Program-made: the position numbers and the translations under genes
Source: Mobula hypostoma
Lineage: Eukaryota
DNA length: 64,000 nt
Reading direction: 5' to 3'
Assembly (NCBI RefSeq): GCF_963921235.1
Contig: NC_086097.1
Location: 254,326,001-254,390,000, forward strand
The notes under the pieces: model-generated
The model's input: the letters and a program-made list of their open reading frames with translations, nothing else
Database searches by the model: none
Told to the model about the DNA's origin: nothing
In this document: piece by piece, positions 1 to 12,800 of the stretch
Layout: each line of letters starts with the position of its first letter
How positions within the stretch are numbered: position 1 is the first letter of the stretch

Positions 1-30
1 GACTAGTGTCTTACAAATGCTCAGCATTAT

Positions 31-1817
31 CTCAGAATCCGGTTTATTATCACCGGCATGTGTTGTGAAATTTGTTAACTTAGCAGCAGCAGTTCAATAC
101 AATAAATAATATAGAAGAGTGGAAAAAATACCAAATAAATAAGTCAATTACAGTATATGGATATTGAATAGATTAAAAATTGTGCAAATAAACAGAAATA
201 ATATATATCAAGAAAGTGAGGTAGTGTTCATGGGTTCAGTGTCCATTTTGGAATTGGATGGCAGAGGGGGAAAAGTTGTTCCCGCATCGCTGAGTGTGTG
301 CCTTCAGACTTCTGTATCTCCTACCTGATGTGGTGGTGGCATCCGTTAGTCTCGCGAGGCCATGCATCTGTGCCTGGAAAGTCTTGCTTCAGTCTGTGTT
401 AGAGCAGCGTCTGTTGTGGCTGTCGAGGCCCACACGGGAGTGACAGTCTTGGCTGCAGCGACTGCACTTGAAGGCGCTGTCCTCCAGAGTTGTCTTGGTG
501 CTGTTTGTCCGATGACTACACTTTTCTTCAGCAGCAAGCCTCAGCTTCTCTTCTCCTCTTTTTAGACCTCTGCGTAGTTCCAGCCTCCAGTGAAAGCGAT
601 TGCTTGCGATGTCCTCCCACCTCTCGACGTTCATGTTCAGTGACTTCATGTCTCTCTTGCAGACATCTTTGAAACTAAGATGTAACAGTGAGAAAAGGGC
701 ATGCTCTTGGTACTGGAGGTCCTTAATAATGGCACTGCCTTTCTGAAGCACTGCTCCTTGAAGATGTCCTGGGTATTTTGTAGGCTAGTACCCAAGATGG
801 AGCGGATTAAATTTACAACTCTCTGCAGCTTCTTTTGGTCCTGTGCAGTAGCCCAACCCCCCCCATACCAGACAGTGATGCAGTCTGTCAGAATGCTTCC
901 CACGGTACATCTATAGAAGTGTTTGAGTGCTCTTGTTGGCGTGTCAAATCTCTTCAAACTCCTAAAGAAGCATAGTCACTGTCCTGCCTTCTTTATAACT
1001 GCATCGATATGTTCAGACCAATTTAGGTCCTCAGAGATCTTGACACCAAGGAACTTGAAGCTGCTCACTCTCTCCACTTCTGATCCCTCTATGAGGATTG
1101 GTATGTGTTCCTTCGTCTTAACCTTCCTGAAGTCCACAATCAGCTCTTTCATCTTACTGAAGATGAGTGAAAGGTTGTTGCTGCGACTCCGCTCCACTAG
1201 TTGGCATATCTTGCTCCTGTACACCCTCTCATCTCCATCTCAGGTTCTGCCAACAATGGTTGTATTGTCAGCAAATTTATAGATGGTGTTTGAGGTATGC
1301 CTAGCCAACAGTCATGTGTATACAGAGAGTAGAGCAGTGGGCTAAGCACACATTCTTGAGGTGTGCCAGTGTTGATTGTCAGCGAGGAGGATATGTTAAC
1401 ACCAATCTGCACACATTGTGGTCTTCCAGTTAGGAAGTTGTGGATCCAATTGCAGAGGGAGGTACGGAGGCCCAGGTTCTGCAACTTCTCAATCAGGATT
1501 GTGGGAACAATGGTGTTAAATGCTGAGCTACAGTCGCTGAACAGCATCCTGACGTAGGTGTTTGTATTGTGCAGGTAGTCTAAAGCCTTGTGAAGAGCCT
1601 TTGCAATAGCATCTGCCGTTGACCTATTGTGGTGGTAGGCAAGTTGCAATAGATCTAGGTCCTTGCTGAGGCAGGAGTTCAGTCTAATCATGACCAACCA
1701 CTCAAAGCATTTCATCACTGTCGATGTGAGTGCAACCAGGCGATAGTCATTAAGGCAGCCCACATTATTCTTCTTAGAAACTAGTATAATTGTTGCCTTT
1801 TTGAAGCAAGTGGGAAC
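31..1817 (-). mobile_element. Decayed Rex1/Babar-type LINE (RT plus 3' UTR), 5'-truncated and interrupted by an RTE fragment
   Basis: Frameshifted ORFs 1197-1763 ([54 protein letters not shown]), 976-1224 (KMKELIVDFRK, FKFLGVKISEDLNWS) and 646-957 (FYRCTVGSILT) carry Rex1/Babar RT motifs. Confidence 0.8.
332..678 (-). mobile_element. 3' fragment of an RTE-clade LINE nested in the Rex1 element
   Basis: Encodes FKDVCKRDMK...W...W...FKCSRCSQDCHSRVGLDSHNRRC, a C-terminal Cys/His finger typical of RTE ORFs. GATGT flanks it at 327-331 and 679-683, and Rex sequence resumes after it. Confidence 0.7.
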
Positions 1818-2185
1818 TTTTATATTCTATTCCCCTTGAAATAAATGCCAATATCGTACTTGCCTTCTTTACCACAGACTCAACCTGTAAATGAATCTTC
1901 TGCGAATCTTGCACGAGGACTAAGTCTCTCTGGACCTCTGATGTTTGAACCTTCTCTCCATTTAGATAATAGTCTGCACTATTGTTCCTTTTACCAAAAT
2001 GCATTATCGTACATTTCCCAACACTGTATTCCATCTGCCACGTTGTTGTCCGTCCTTCCAATTTGTCCAAGTCCTGCTGCAATTGCATTGCTTCCTCAGT
2101 ACTACCAACCCCTCCACCTATCTTTGTATACTCCACAAACTTTGCTACAAAGCCATCAATTCCATTATCAATATCATTGACAAGC
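1818..2185 (-). mobile_element. CR1 RT fragment
   Basis: AKFVEYTKIGG...LQQDLDKL...VGKCTIMHFG in ORF 1774-2259. Confidence 0.8.
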
Positions 2186-3491
2186 AATGTGCTACGTGAC
2201 AGTGTCAATAGGAATAGAATGAGGTGGAAGATAAATGCGTGGCTGAGGGATTGGAGCAAGGGGCAGGGATTCAGATTTCTGGATCATTGGGACCTCTTTA
2301 CGGGCAGGTGTGACCTGTACAAAAAGGACGAGTTGCACTTGAATCCCAGGGGGACCAATATCCTGGTGGGGAGGTTTGCTAAGGCTACTGAGGAGAGTTT
2401 AAACTAGAATTGTTGCAGGGTGGGAACTGAACTGAAGGGACTGGGGAAGAGGAGGTTGGCTCACAAATAGAGAAAGCTTGTAGATAGTGCGAGAGGGAGG
2501 ATAAGCAGATGATAGAGAAGGGATGCGATCAGACCGAAGGTTTGAGATGTGTCTATTTTAACTCAAGGAGTGTTGTGAACAAAGTAGATGAGCTTAGAGC
2601 GTGGATCAGTACTTGCAGATATGATGTGGTGGCTGTTACAGAGACTTGGATGGCTCAGGGACAGGAATAGTTACTTCAAGTGCCGGGTTTTAGATGTTTC
2701 AGAAAGGACAGGGAGGGAGGCAAAAGAGGTGGGGGTGTGGCACTGTTGATCAGAGAGAGTGTCACAGCTGCAGAAAAGGTGGACGCCATGGAGGGATTGT
2801 CTACAGAGTCTCTGTGGGTGGAGGTTAGGAACAGGTAGGGGTCAATAACTTTACTGGGTGTTTTTTATAGGCCACCCAATAGTAACAGGGATATCGAGGA
2901 TCAGATAGGGAAACATATCCTGGAAAGGTGTAATAATAACAGAGTTGTCGTGATAGGAGATTTTAACTTCCAAAATATTGATTGGCATCCACCTAGAGCA
3001 AGGGGTTTAGATGGGGTGGAGTTTGTTCAGGAACGTTTCTTGACACAATATGTAGATAAGCCTACAAGAGGAGAGGATGTACTTGATTTGGTATTGGGAA
3101 ATGAACGTGGTCAGGTGTCAGATCTCTCACTGGGAGAGCATTTTGGAGATGGTGATCATAATTCTATCTCCTTTACCATAGAATTGGAGAGGGATCGGAA
3201 CAGACAAGGTAGTAAAGCGTTTAATTGGAGTCAGGGGATTTATGAGGCTATCAGGCAGGAACTTGGAGGCTTAAATTAGAAACAGATGTTCTCAGGGAAA
3301 AGTACGGAAGAAATGTGGCAAATGTTCAGGGAATATTTGTGTGGAGTTCTGCATAGGTATGTTCCAATGAGACAGGGAATTTATGGTAGGGTACAGGAAC
3401 CGTGGTGTACAAAGGCTGTAATAAATCTAGTCAACAAGAAAAGAAAAGCTTACAGAAGGTTCAGAGAGATAGGTAATGTTGATATCTAGAA

Positions 3492-4623
3492 CAGTGGTCC
3501 CCAACCACCGGGCCGCGGAGCATGCGCTACCGGGCCGCGAGGAAGCGATATGATTTGGCGATATAAGTCAGCTCACCTTTCCTCATTCCCTGTCATGGCC
3601 ACTGATCAGCCATTACGCATGCGAGGTCATGACCCGCGCGTCATCCGTGTCAGCGCGGGAAGGCAATCAACTCCTCGAGCTTGCAAATGACGACAGGCTG
3701 AAAAGTATGTTTGACATAACATCTCTGTCGGCATTTTGGATCAAAGTCAAGGCTAAATATCCTGAAGTAGCCACGAAAGCACTGAAAACGTTGCTTCCAT
3801 TTCCAACATTTTTCTGCGAAGCGAAGTTTTCTGCAATGAATGCAACGAAAACTAAACTGCGGAATAGACTGGACATAAGGAACCCCCTTCGAGTATCGAT
3901 GTCTCCCATCACCCCTCGATAGGACCGTGTTGTTGCAGGGAAACAATGATTTTATATATTCATATGGGGAAAATATGTGCTGTGTGTTTAATATCCAAAC
4001 ATTGCTTAAAATGTTATGATGCTATTGACTTACTTATATAACCATATAACAATTACAGCACGGAAACAGGCCATCTCGGCCCTTCTAGTCCGTGCCGAAC
4101 GCTACTCGCACCTAGTCCCACCGACCTGCACTCAGCCCATAACCCTCCATTCCTTTCCTGTCCATATACCTATCCAATTTTTCTTTAAATGATAATATCG
4201 ACCCTGCTTCTGCCACTTCTACTGGAAGTTTGTTCAACACTTACTTCAAGCTGCCCTGATAGTTGACTTATCATTATATCCGTGCGAGGAAAATATGCGC
4301 TGTGTTTAATATTAAATTCGTTAGATAAACCCTTTTAGAAACAAAATTGAGTGTATTACCCACTTATCACCTATATTCCGGTAGTGATTAACATCCACCC
4401 CCACGAACAGAATCGCCAAAATGGATTTGCTTGTGGGGGGGGGAGGAATCGGCAGGTCACGACGCGCATGCGCATTGGTGCCCGTGCAAGGCTTCATGGT
4501 CATTGTAGTCTTTTGGGTAAACAACACATTTGACCGCTACTCTTGTCCATTGGCAACCCTACCCACCACCCCCCCCCCGCCCCGTCGGCTGGTCCGCAGT
4601 GCAAAAAAGGTTGGGGACCCCTG
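3492..4623 (+). mobile_element. Non-autonomous hAT (Buster/Charlie-like) DNA transposon
   Basis: TIRs CAGTGGTCCCCAACC and GGTTGGGGACCCCTG; perfect 8-bp TSD ATCTAGAA (3484-3491, 4624-4631) with central TA; residual hAT dimerisation domain FWIKVKAKYPEVATKALKTLLPFPT..CEAKFSAM (ORF 3629-3922). Confidence 0.92.
4038..4235 (-). mobile_element. CR1 3'-end fragment inside the hAT element
   Basis: Reverse complement matches the CR1 3' UTR at ~46505-46710, including its TTATATGG tail. Confidence 0.8.
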
Positions 4624-4945
4624 ATCTAGAAGATTATAAGGCTAATAGGAAGGAGCTTAAGAAGGAAATTAGGAGAGCCAGAAGGGGCCATGAGGAGGCC
4701 TTGGCAGGCAGGATTATGGAAAACCCCAAGACATTCTACAAGTATGTGAAGAGCAAGAGGGTAAGACATAAAAGAATAGGACCTATTAAGTGTGACAGTG
4801 GGAAAGTATGTACGAAATGGAGGAAATAGAGGTATTTAATGAATACTTTACTTCAGTATTCACTATGGAAAAGGATCTTGGTGATTGTAGTGATGATTTG
4901 CAGCGATGATTTGCAGCGGAATGAAAAGCTTAAGCATGTAGATAT

Positions 4946-5770
4946 TGTTACGTACCCCATAACTGGGTTGCCAAACCAGCAGAAATGGACCACTTAGTTG
5001 GAGTCTGGATTACTGGAACTAAGGAAGTTTTATTAAAGAAATAAGTAACACAGTACTCTAAACATAAGGATATAAATGCAACAGGTTAGCAATGATAAAA
5101 CACACATGTACCCAGAACTAGGATAATAGGATCAATCAAGCTTTATCGCAGTCTAGGGGTAAAATGATCAGTCTCAAGTGACACATAGTTCAGTTCAGTT
5201 TAGTTCAGTGCGTAGTAATCGCTGTTGTGCCGTTGGGGGGAGAGAGAATGAATATGCAAATTCTCGATTCAAACAGACCTTGATGTTCCTCGCAGTTAGC
5301 TTTCGGGCGAGCCCTTTGTAATGTCTTCTGAGGTCACCGACTGTGATCCCTCCGTTCCGGATACGATCGTTCTTCTGCGGTGAACCCGGCACCCAGGCAA
5401 GGACGGACACACACACACCAGGTTCCCGCCGATCGTCCCTTCTCACCCTGTGCGTCTATGGTTGGTTCCACAACCAGACCTCCAAAACTCTACCAACTTG
5501 TGGGGGCACACCGCACTTCCAGGGTCTCGTTATCTCGTGGTGTCGTGGTGTGTCTTGCCTTAGCGAACCTGTTCCTTTTATCCCCCTGCTGGGGTATCGC
5601 CTGTCCACCAAACTTCAAACAGTTCAGGTTCAAAGCAACCGGTCTCTGACAATACTCGGAACCGTGTCTCCATTCGTTAATCTCTCTCGTCTCCCATTGA
5701 CATTTCTGAATGTTACCCCATTGTCTTTCTTATCGGCCTCAATCTTCTGATAACTTGGTATTTTGTCACA
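4946..5770 (-). repeat. 3' LTR (~825 bp) of a Gypsy retrotransposon
   Basis: Termini TGTTAC...GTCACA (TG...CA). A purine-rich tract on the minus strand (GAAGGATAGGGGTA, ~5771-5785) abuts the LTR. CR1 sequence breaks exactly at 4945. Confidence 0.75.
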
Positions 5771-7966
5771 TACCCCTATCCTTCAAAGGGTTTTTACTGG
5801 GGTAAAAATTATAGGCATGAATACATTATTAGATACACACAAATATACATGTTCATCAGCTTTTTGGCTAATACAGAGAATTTTAAGTTGCCAACACCTT
5901 GACAGACAGTCAGCAATCACATTTTCCGTTCCTTTTATATGTGTTATTTTAATAATCCTCTAAAACCAGGCTCCAACTTAGCAAACTTCATAGTGGCCAA
6001 AAACACTAATGAGTTGTGATCAGTGTAACTTCTCAGTGGTTTTCGTCCCGGACCAAGATAACAAGGGTCGTCCCATACCAACTTAGCATTCTTTGGCAAG
6101 AGCTTAGTAAGAGGGTGGGTAATATCCGCAAAGTTCTTGCAAAACTTCCTATAGTACCCCACCATTTCCAAGAACCTTCTCAGGGCTCTCTTGTCTGTCG
6201 GGGTTGGGACGTCAGAGATAGCCCGCACCTTAACTTGCATTGGTGCCAGCTGCCCCTGTCTTACCACAAATCCCAGATAAGTGATTTTTCTGTGGCTGAA
6301 TTCACTTTTTGCGAGGTTCACTGTCAGGCTGGCTTCAGACAGCTGTTTAAACAGTGCCACAATGTGCTCCTCCCACGTGTCACTCCAGACCACTACATCA
6401 CCAATATACACTTCTGTGTTCTTTAGCCCTTTTGTCACTGAATTAATCATTCTATAGGGGTGTTGCTCACTAGGCTGACCTGATGTGACAGCAACACCAT
6501 GTCCCAGCTCTTTGCATCGCCTCGGGACATTCGGACATACCTGTGTGTGCCGTTTAATTAGCTCTCTTAACGGGTCGCTTTGTTCGGGGATTAAGGGAGA
6601 GACCTTATCAGCAAAACTGGCCAAAACAATAGATATCTCCCATCTGGTCGACACCATACTTATCTTTTCAAAATGGGTTTTCCCCTTATCAGGTGGCACC
6701 CTAGCCTCATTAATTTTTATGATAACACCGACTAAGTTTGTTCACCTATCGTGGCAAACTGTTAGCATATCAAAAGCCTGTAACGGTGTCAGCTCACGTC
6801 TGCAATAGTCAATAACATCCTTCCTCCTGTGCAGCCAGTAAAACTCTTTCATGATTCCGCCAACTGTTTTCCTCCCCCCAAAATGTCCACCGAGGGGTAT
6901 CTTGTGGGCCAGGTTAAGAATCTCATCCCCATAAATTTTTGGCACCACCCCCCCATTCCTCATCTGCGGGCACAGTACTTGGTCTCCCTCTCTTCCTTAG
7001 CACTCCCTCCTCCACACAATAGCCTACTGGCTCGCTTTTTAATTCTGCTTCAGAGAGAGCTGTCTCCACCGAAACCCGCAGCTCCTTGTCTTGCTCCTGT
7101 GTCTGTACAAATTCCTTCCTGGCTAATGCTAAGTCTGCCCCAGCTCCCTCACTTCCTCCTGTTCCACTACGCTCCTTCTTTTCACTTTCTACCTCCCCCT
7201 GGTACAAGGCTGGTAGAAACGTCTCAGCCAAAGCTATATCAGCTTCGGCAGCCTTTCTGGACATATGCCGAGTCTCTGCGCAAACGGGATAAACCTGTGA
7301 GTCCATGGGTGGGGCCTCAATGCTGGCAGGCGGGCTTGTCAATCTTACTGCTGGGTACACCTCTCCGCCGGCGAGGTCATTACTGAGTGAGACCTCTACG
7401 TCTTTCATCGGTAGTTCGAGCCTCACCCCAATCGTGACCGGTCCAGAGACCAAGTCGCTTTGTAGGTGTATCGTGCAAAGGTACTACCTCAGTCCCTTTC
7501 CCAATGCCTTTGATCACCCTGACCTCGCCAGTCTGGATCTCTGAACTAAAGTCTAACACACTCTTTAATATCAATGACTGACACGCTCCAGTGTCTCTCC
7601 AGATCCGTACTGGAACTGGGTTTAACCCCTCCTTCACCGACACCAATCCGGCCAAGATAAACCTCTCGCGCCCTTCCTGAACTTTATCAGACATCTTCTC
7701 TCCTAGTGGTTTGCTTATCAGCTCAATACAGCCAGTCGGAACCGCCGTTTTTCCTTTCCCCGTCTCTTTCTTTGGGGCAAAGTGACCGGCTTTCCCACAA
7801 TTATAGCATACAACCTCAGGAGACTTCCTACCAAATTGCTCCCGGTCTACCTTATCCTTCTCACTAGTCCCCGGCTTACTTTCTGACTTTTCTGGTGGAC
7901 TCTCCCCGAGGTCCTGACTACCCTTCTGGTAGCCTTTACTCGGGGCAAACTTCGTTTTATGTGTTG
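5771..7966 (-). mobile_element. Internally deleted Gypsy (Gmr1-like) gag-pol remnant
   Basis: Zinc-knuckle remnant CYNCGKAGH and protease RDTGA (7380-7988); LSNDLAGG (6923-7453); integrase Zn-binding region LAHKIPLGGHFG...FYW...DYCR (6742-6963); RT QHPYRM and YIGDVVVWSDTWEEH (5944-6699). Confidence 0.85.
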
Positions 7967-8218
7967 TGGATGTTGTTCCTTTATTCAAGACAGGGAGTAG
8001 AGATAGCCCAGGAAATTATAGACTAGTGAGTCTTACCTCAGTGGTTGGTAAGTTGATGGAGAAGATCCTGAGAAGCAGTATTTACGAACATTTGGATAGG
8101 TATAATATGATTAGGAATAGTCAGCATGGCTTTGTCAAGGGCAGGTCATGCCTTATGAGCCTGGCTGAATTTTTTGAGGATGTGACTATACACATTGATG
8201 AAGGAACAACAGTAGATG

Positions 8219-8256
8219 TAGTCCTGACGAAGGGTCTCGGCCTGAAACGTCGACTG
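8219..8256 (+). ncRNA. Minimal type I hammerhead ribozyme motif
   Basis: TAGTC-CTGACGA-AGG(GTCTCGG)CCT-GAAA-CGTC^GACTG: conserved core, stem I AGTC/GACT, palindromic ACGT stem III. Confidence 0.75.
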
Positions 8257-8353
8257 TACCGCTTCCTAGAGATGCTGCCTGACCTGCTGCGTTCACCAGC
8301 AACTTTGATGTGTGTTGCTTGAATTTCCAGCATCTGCAGAATTCCTGTTGTTT
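8223..8353 (+). mobile_element. Solo Penelope pLTR fragment with a hammerhead motif
   Basis: Near-identical to 26285-26412; 11-bp TSD GTAGATGTAGT (8212-8222, 8354-8364). Confidence 0.85.
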
Positions 8354-9086
8354 GTAGATGTAGTGTATATGGATTTCAGCAAGACATTTGAAAATGTACC
8401 CCAGGTAAGGCTTATTGAGAAAGTAAGGAGGCATGGGCTCCAAGGGGACCTTGCTTTGTGGATCCAGAACTGGCTTGCCCACAGAAGGCAAAGAATGGTT
8501 GTAGATGGGTCGTATTCTGCATGGAGGTCAGTCACCAGTGGAGTGCCTCAGGGATCTGTTCTGGGACCCTTACTCTTTGTGATTTTTATAAATGACCTGG
8601 ATGAGGAAGTGGAGGGATGGGTTAGTAAGTTGCTGATGACACAAAGGTTGGAGGTGTTGTGGATAGTGTTGAGGGCTGTCAGAGATTACAGCGGGACATT
8701 GATAGGATGCAAAACTGGGCTGAGAAGCGGCAGATGGAGTTCAACCCAGGTAAGTGTGAAGTGGTTCATTTTGGTAGGTCAAATATGATGGCAGAATATA
8801 GTATTAATGGTAAGATTCTTGGCAGTGTGGGGGATCAGAGGGATCTTGGGGTCCAAGTCCATAGGACACTCAAAGCTGCTGCACAGGTTGACTCTGTGGT
8901 TAAGAAGGCATACGGTGCATTGGCCTTCATCAATCGTGGGATTGAGTTTAGGAGCAGAGAGGTAATGTTGCAGCTATATAGGACCCTGGTCAGACCCCAC
9001 TTGGAGTACTGTGCTCAGTTCTGGTCGCCTCACTAAAGGAAGGATGTGGAAGCCATAGAAAGGGTGCAGAGGAGATTTACAAGGAT

Positions 9087-9205
9087 CACTCAGGTTCCGG
9101 CCCAAAACGTCGACTCATCGTTTCCACGGATGCTGCCTGACCTGCTGAGTTCCTCCAGCGTGTTGTGAGTGTTGCTTTGATCCCAGCATCTGCAGATTAT
9201 TTTGT
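9087..9205 (+). mobile_element. Solo Penelope pLTR fragment (different subfamily)
   Basis: Contains AAACGTCGAC...GATGCTGCCTGACCTGCTGAGTTCCTCCAGC...CCAGCATCTGCAG; 13-bp TSD GATTTACAAGGAT (9074-9086, 9206-9218). Confidence 0.8.
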
Positions 9206-9869
9206 GATTTACAAGGATGTTGCCTGGATTGGGGAGCATGCCTTATGAGAATAGGTTGAGTGAACTTGGCCTTTTCTCCTTGGAGCAAGGAAGGATGAGA
9301 AGTGACCTGATAGAGCAAGGATGTGATACTGAGGTTTTATCAGGCACCTTGAGTATTCTGAGAGATGAATAAGATGATGAGAGGCATTGATTGTGTGGAT
9401 AGTCAGAGGCTTTTCCCCAAGGCTGAAATGGCTAACACGAGAGGGCACAGTTTTAAGGTGCTTGGAAGTAAGTACAGAGGAGATGTCAGGGGTAAGTTTT
9501 TTATGCAGAGAGTGGTGAGTGCCTGGAATGGGCTGCCGGCGACGGTGTTGGCGGTGGATACAATAGGGTCTTTTAAGAGACTCCTGGACAGGTACATGGA
9601 GCTTAGAAAAATAGAGGGCTATGGGTAACCCTAGGTAATTTCTAAAGTAAGGACATGTTTGGCACTGCTTTATGGGCCGAAGGGCCTTTATTGTGCTGTT
9701 AATTTTTCTATGTTTCTATGACTTATTTTATCATTGGTCTCCAAGTACCCTGAAACATCTTTAATAATAGACTTCAACACTTTCCCAACCACTAAGGTTT
9801 GGCTACCTGGCCTATTACTTCCTCTCTTTTGCTTTCCTCCCTTCTTAAAGGTGGAGTGACCTTTGCACT

Positions 9870-12800
9870 CTTGGGGGTCATGACCAAGCAGAGGAAGATC
9901 ACAGTGGACAGGTCTTTCCCTGTGACTCAGAAGGGAAGGAGGAAAAAGAGGCGAGCTGTGGTGAGCTGTTAGTTAGGAAGCAGAATGGACTTTCAGTGGA
10001 CAAGAAAGAGATTCCCGGATGATATGTTGCCTCCTGAGTGCCAGGATCTGGGACATCTCTGATCGATACTCGACATTCTTAAGTGGGAGAGTGAACAGCC
10101 AAAGGTCGTGGTCCATGTGGATACCATTGGCATGCGTAGGGTGAGTGTTGAGGTTCTGCATAGGGAGATTAGGGAGTTAGGTGCTAAGTTAAAAGACAGG
10201 ACTTCCAGGGTTGTGTTCTTAGGATTGCTACCCATGACACGTGCCAGTAAGGCCAGAAACTGGAAGATCATACAGTATAACACGTAGCTATGAAGTTGGT
10301 GTAGGAGGGAGTGTGTCAGATTCCTGGATCATTGGGCTCTCTTCCAGGGAAGGTTGGATCTGTACAGAAGAGACACTTTGCACCTGAACTGGAAAGGGAC
10401 TAATATCAGAGCGGGAAAGTTTGCCAGTGATGTGCGAGAAGGTGGATGGATTTAAACTAGAGTTGTAAGGGGATAGAAAACAGAGAGGGCCACAACAGAT
10501 AGTGGAGAGCCTGTGGAGACATAGAAACATAGAAACATAGAAAATAGGTGCAGGAGTAGGCCATTCGGCCCTTCGAGCCTGCACCGCCATTTATTATGAT
10601 CATGGCTGATCATCCAACTCAGAACCCAGCCTTCCCTCCATACCCCGTGACCCCTGTAGCCACAAGGGCCATATCTAACTTCCTTTTAAACATAGCTAAT
10701 GAACTGGCCTCAACAGTTTGCTGTGGCAGAGAATTCCACAGATTCACCACTCTCTGTGTGAAGAAGTTTTTCCTAACCTCGGTCCTAAAAGGCTTCCCCT
10801 CTATCCTCAAACTGTGACCCCTCGTTCTAGACCTCCCCAACATCGGGAACAATCTTCCCACATCTAGCCTGTCCAATCCCTTTAGGATCTTATACGTTTC
10901 AATCAGATCCCCCCTCAATCTTCTAAATTCCAACGAGTACAAGCCCAGTTCATCCAGTCTTTCTTCATATGAAAGACCTGCCATCCCAGGAATCAATCTG
11001 GTGAACCTTCTTTGTACTCCCTCTATGGCAAGGATGTCTTTCCTCAGATTAGGGGACCAAAACTGCACACAATACTCCAGGTGTGGTCTCACCAAGGCCT
11101 TGTACAACTGCAGTAGTACCTCCCTGCTCCTGTACTCGAATCCTCTCGCTATAAATGCCAGCATACCGTTCGCCTTTTTCACCGCCTGCTGTACCTGCAT
11201 GCCCACTTTCAATGACTGGTGTATAATGACACCCAGGTCTCGTTGCACCTCCCCTTTTCCTAATCGGCCACCATTCAGATAATAATCTGTTTTCCTATTT
11301 TTGCCACCAAAGTGGATAACTTCACATTTATCCACATTAAATTGCATCTGCCATGAGTTTGCCCACTCACCCAACCTATCCAAGTCACCCTGCATCCTCT
11401 TAGCATCCTCCTCACTGCTAACACTGCCACCCAGCTTCGTGTCATCCGCAAACTTGGAGATGCTGCATTTAATTCCCTCATCCAAGTCATTAATATATAT
11501 TGTAAACAACTGGGGTCCCAGCACTGAGCCTTGCGGTACCCCACTAGTCACCGCCTGCCATTCTGAAAAGGTCCCGTTTATTCCCACTCTTTGCTTCCTG
11601 TCTGCTAACCAATTCTCCACCCACACCAATACCTTACCCCCAATACCATGTGCTTTAAGTTTGCACACTAATCTCCTGTGTGGGACCTTGTCAAAAGCCT
11701 TTTGAAAATCCAAATATACCACATCCACTGGTTCTCCCCTATCCACTCTACTAGTTACATCCTCAAAAAATTCTATGAGATTCGTCAGACATGATTTTCC
11801 TTTCACAAATCCATGCTGACTTTGTCCGATCATTTCACCGCTTTCCAAATGTGCTGTTATCACATCCTTGATAACTGACTCCAGCAGTTTCCCCACCACC
11901 GACGTTAGGCTAACCGGCCTATAATTCCCCGGTTTCTCTCTCCCTCCTTTTTTAAAAAGTGGGGTTACATTAGCCACCCTCCAATCCTCAGGAACTAGTC
12001 CAGAATCTAACGAGTTTTGAAAAATTATCACTAATGCATCCACTATTTCTTGGGCCACTTCCTTAAGCACTCTGGGATGCAGACCATCTGGCCCTGGGGA
12101 TTTATCTGCCTTCAATCCCTTCAATTTACCTAACACCACTTCCCTACTAACATGTATTTCGCTCAGTTCCTCCATCTCACTGGACCCTCTGTCCCTTACT
12201 ATTTCTGGAAGATTATTTATGTCCTCCTTAGTGAAGACAGAACCAAAGTAATTATTCAATTGGTCTGCCATGTCCTTGCTCCCCATAATCAATTCACCTG
12301 TTTCTGTTTGCAGGGGACCTACATTTGTCTTTATCAGTCTTTTCCTTTTTACATATCTATAAAAGCTTTTACAGTCCGTTTTTATGTTCTCTGCCAGTTT
12401 TCTCTCATAATCTTTTTTCCCCTTCCTAATTAAGCCCTTTGTCCTCCTCTGCTGAACTCTGAATTTCTCCCAGTCCTCAGGTGAGCCACTTTCTCTGGCT
12501 AATTTGTATGCTACTTCTTTGGAATTGATACTATCCCTAATTTCTCTTGTCAGCCACGGGTGCACTACCTCAGACCTCAGACAAAGTCAGGAATCAAAGG
12601 GTTGAGCATTGTGTGACGCATGTCCTGAGCTGCATATTTTCAATGCAGTAAGTGTCATAGGAAAGGCAGAGAAGTTCAGGCCGTAGATCCACACCTGGAA
12701 TTATGATGTTGTAGCCATTAGTGAGACATGGTTACAGTAGAGGCAGGACTGGCAGCTCAATATTCCAGGGTTCCATTGTTTTCGACATAACAAAGCGGGT

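Larger units (their letters stand above)
2186..9720 (+). mobile_element. Decayed CR1 LINE (ORF1 end, endonuclease, RT, 3' UTR) split by hAT, Gypsy and two Penelope-derived insertions
   Basis: ORF1 end DELHLNPRGTNIL...ESLN* at 2407; EN motif GDFN (2950-3279); RT segments at 7966-9036; C-terminus 9365-9628; TTCTATG tail near 9705-9720. CR1 sequence continues across the hAT and Penelope insertions and resumes further downstream after the Gypsy. Confidence 0.85.

Noticed and set aside
4892..4918. Short tandem duplication GATGATTTGCAGC
   Set aside because: Ordinary slippage in a dead CR1; it is not a TSD of the adjacent LTR.
11001..11705. Recurrent antisense ORFs (MNLLCTPS..., MPPKWITS...) in several copies
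   Set aside because: They recur only because the young CR1 copies are near-identical; there is no independent evidence of coding function.
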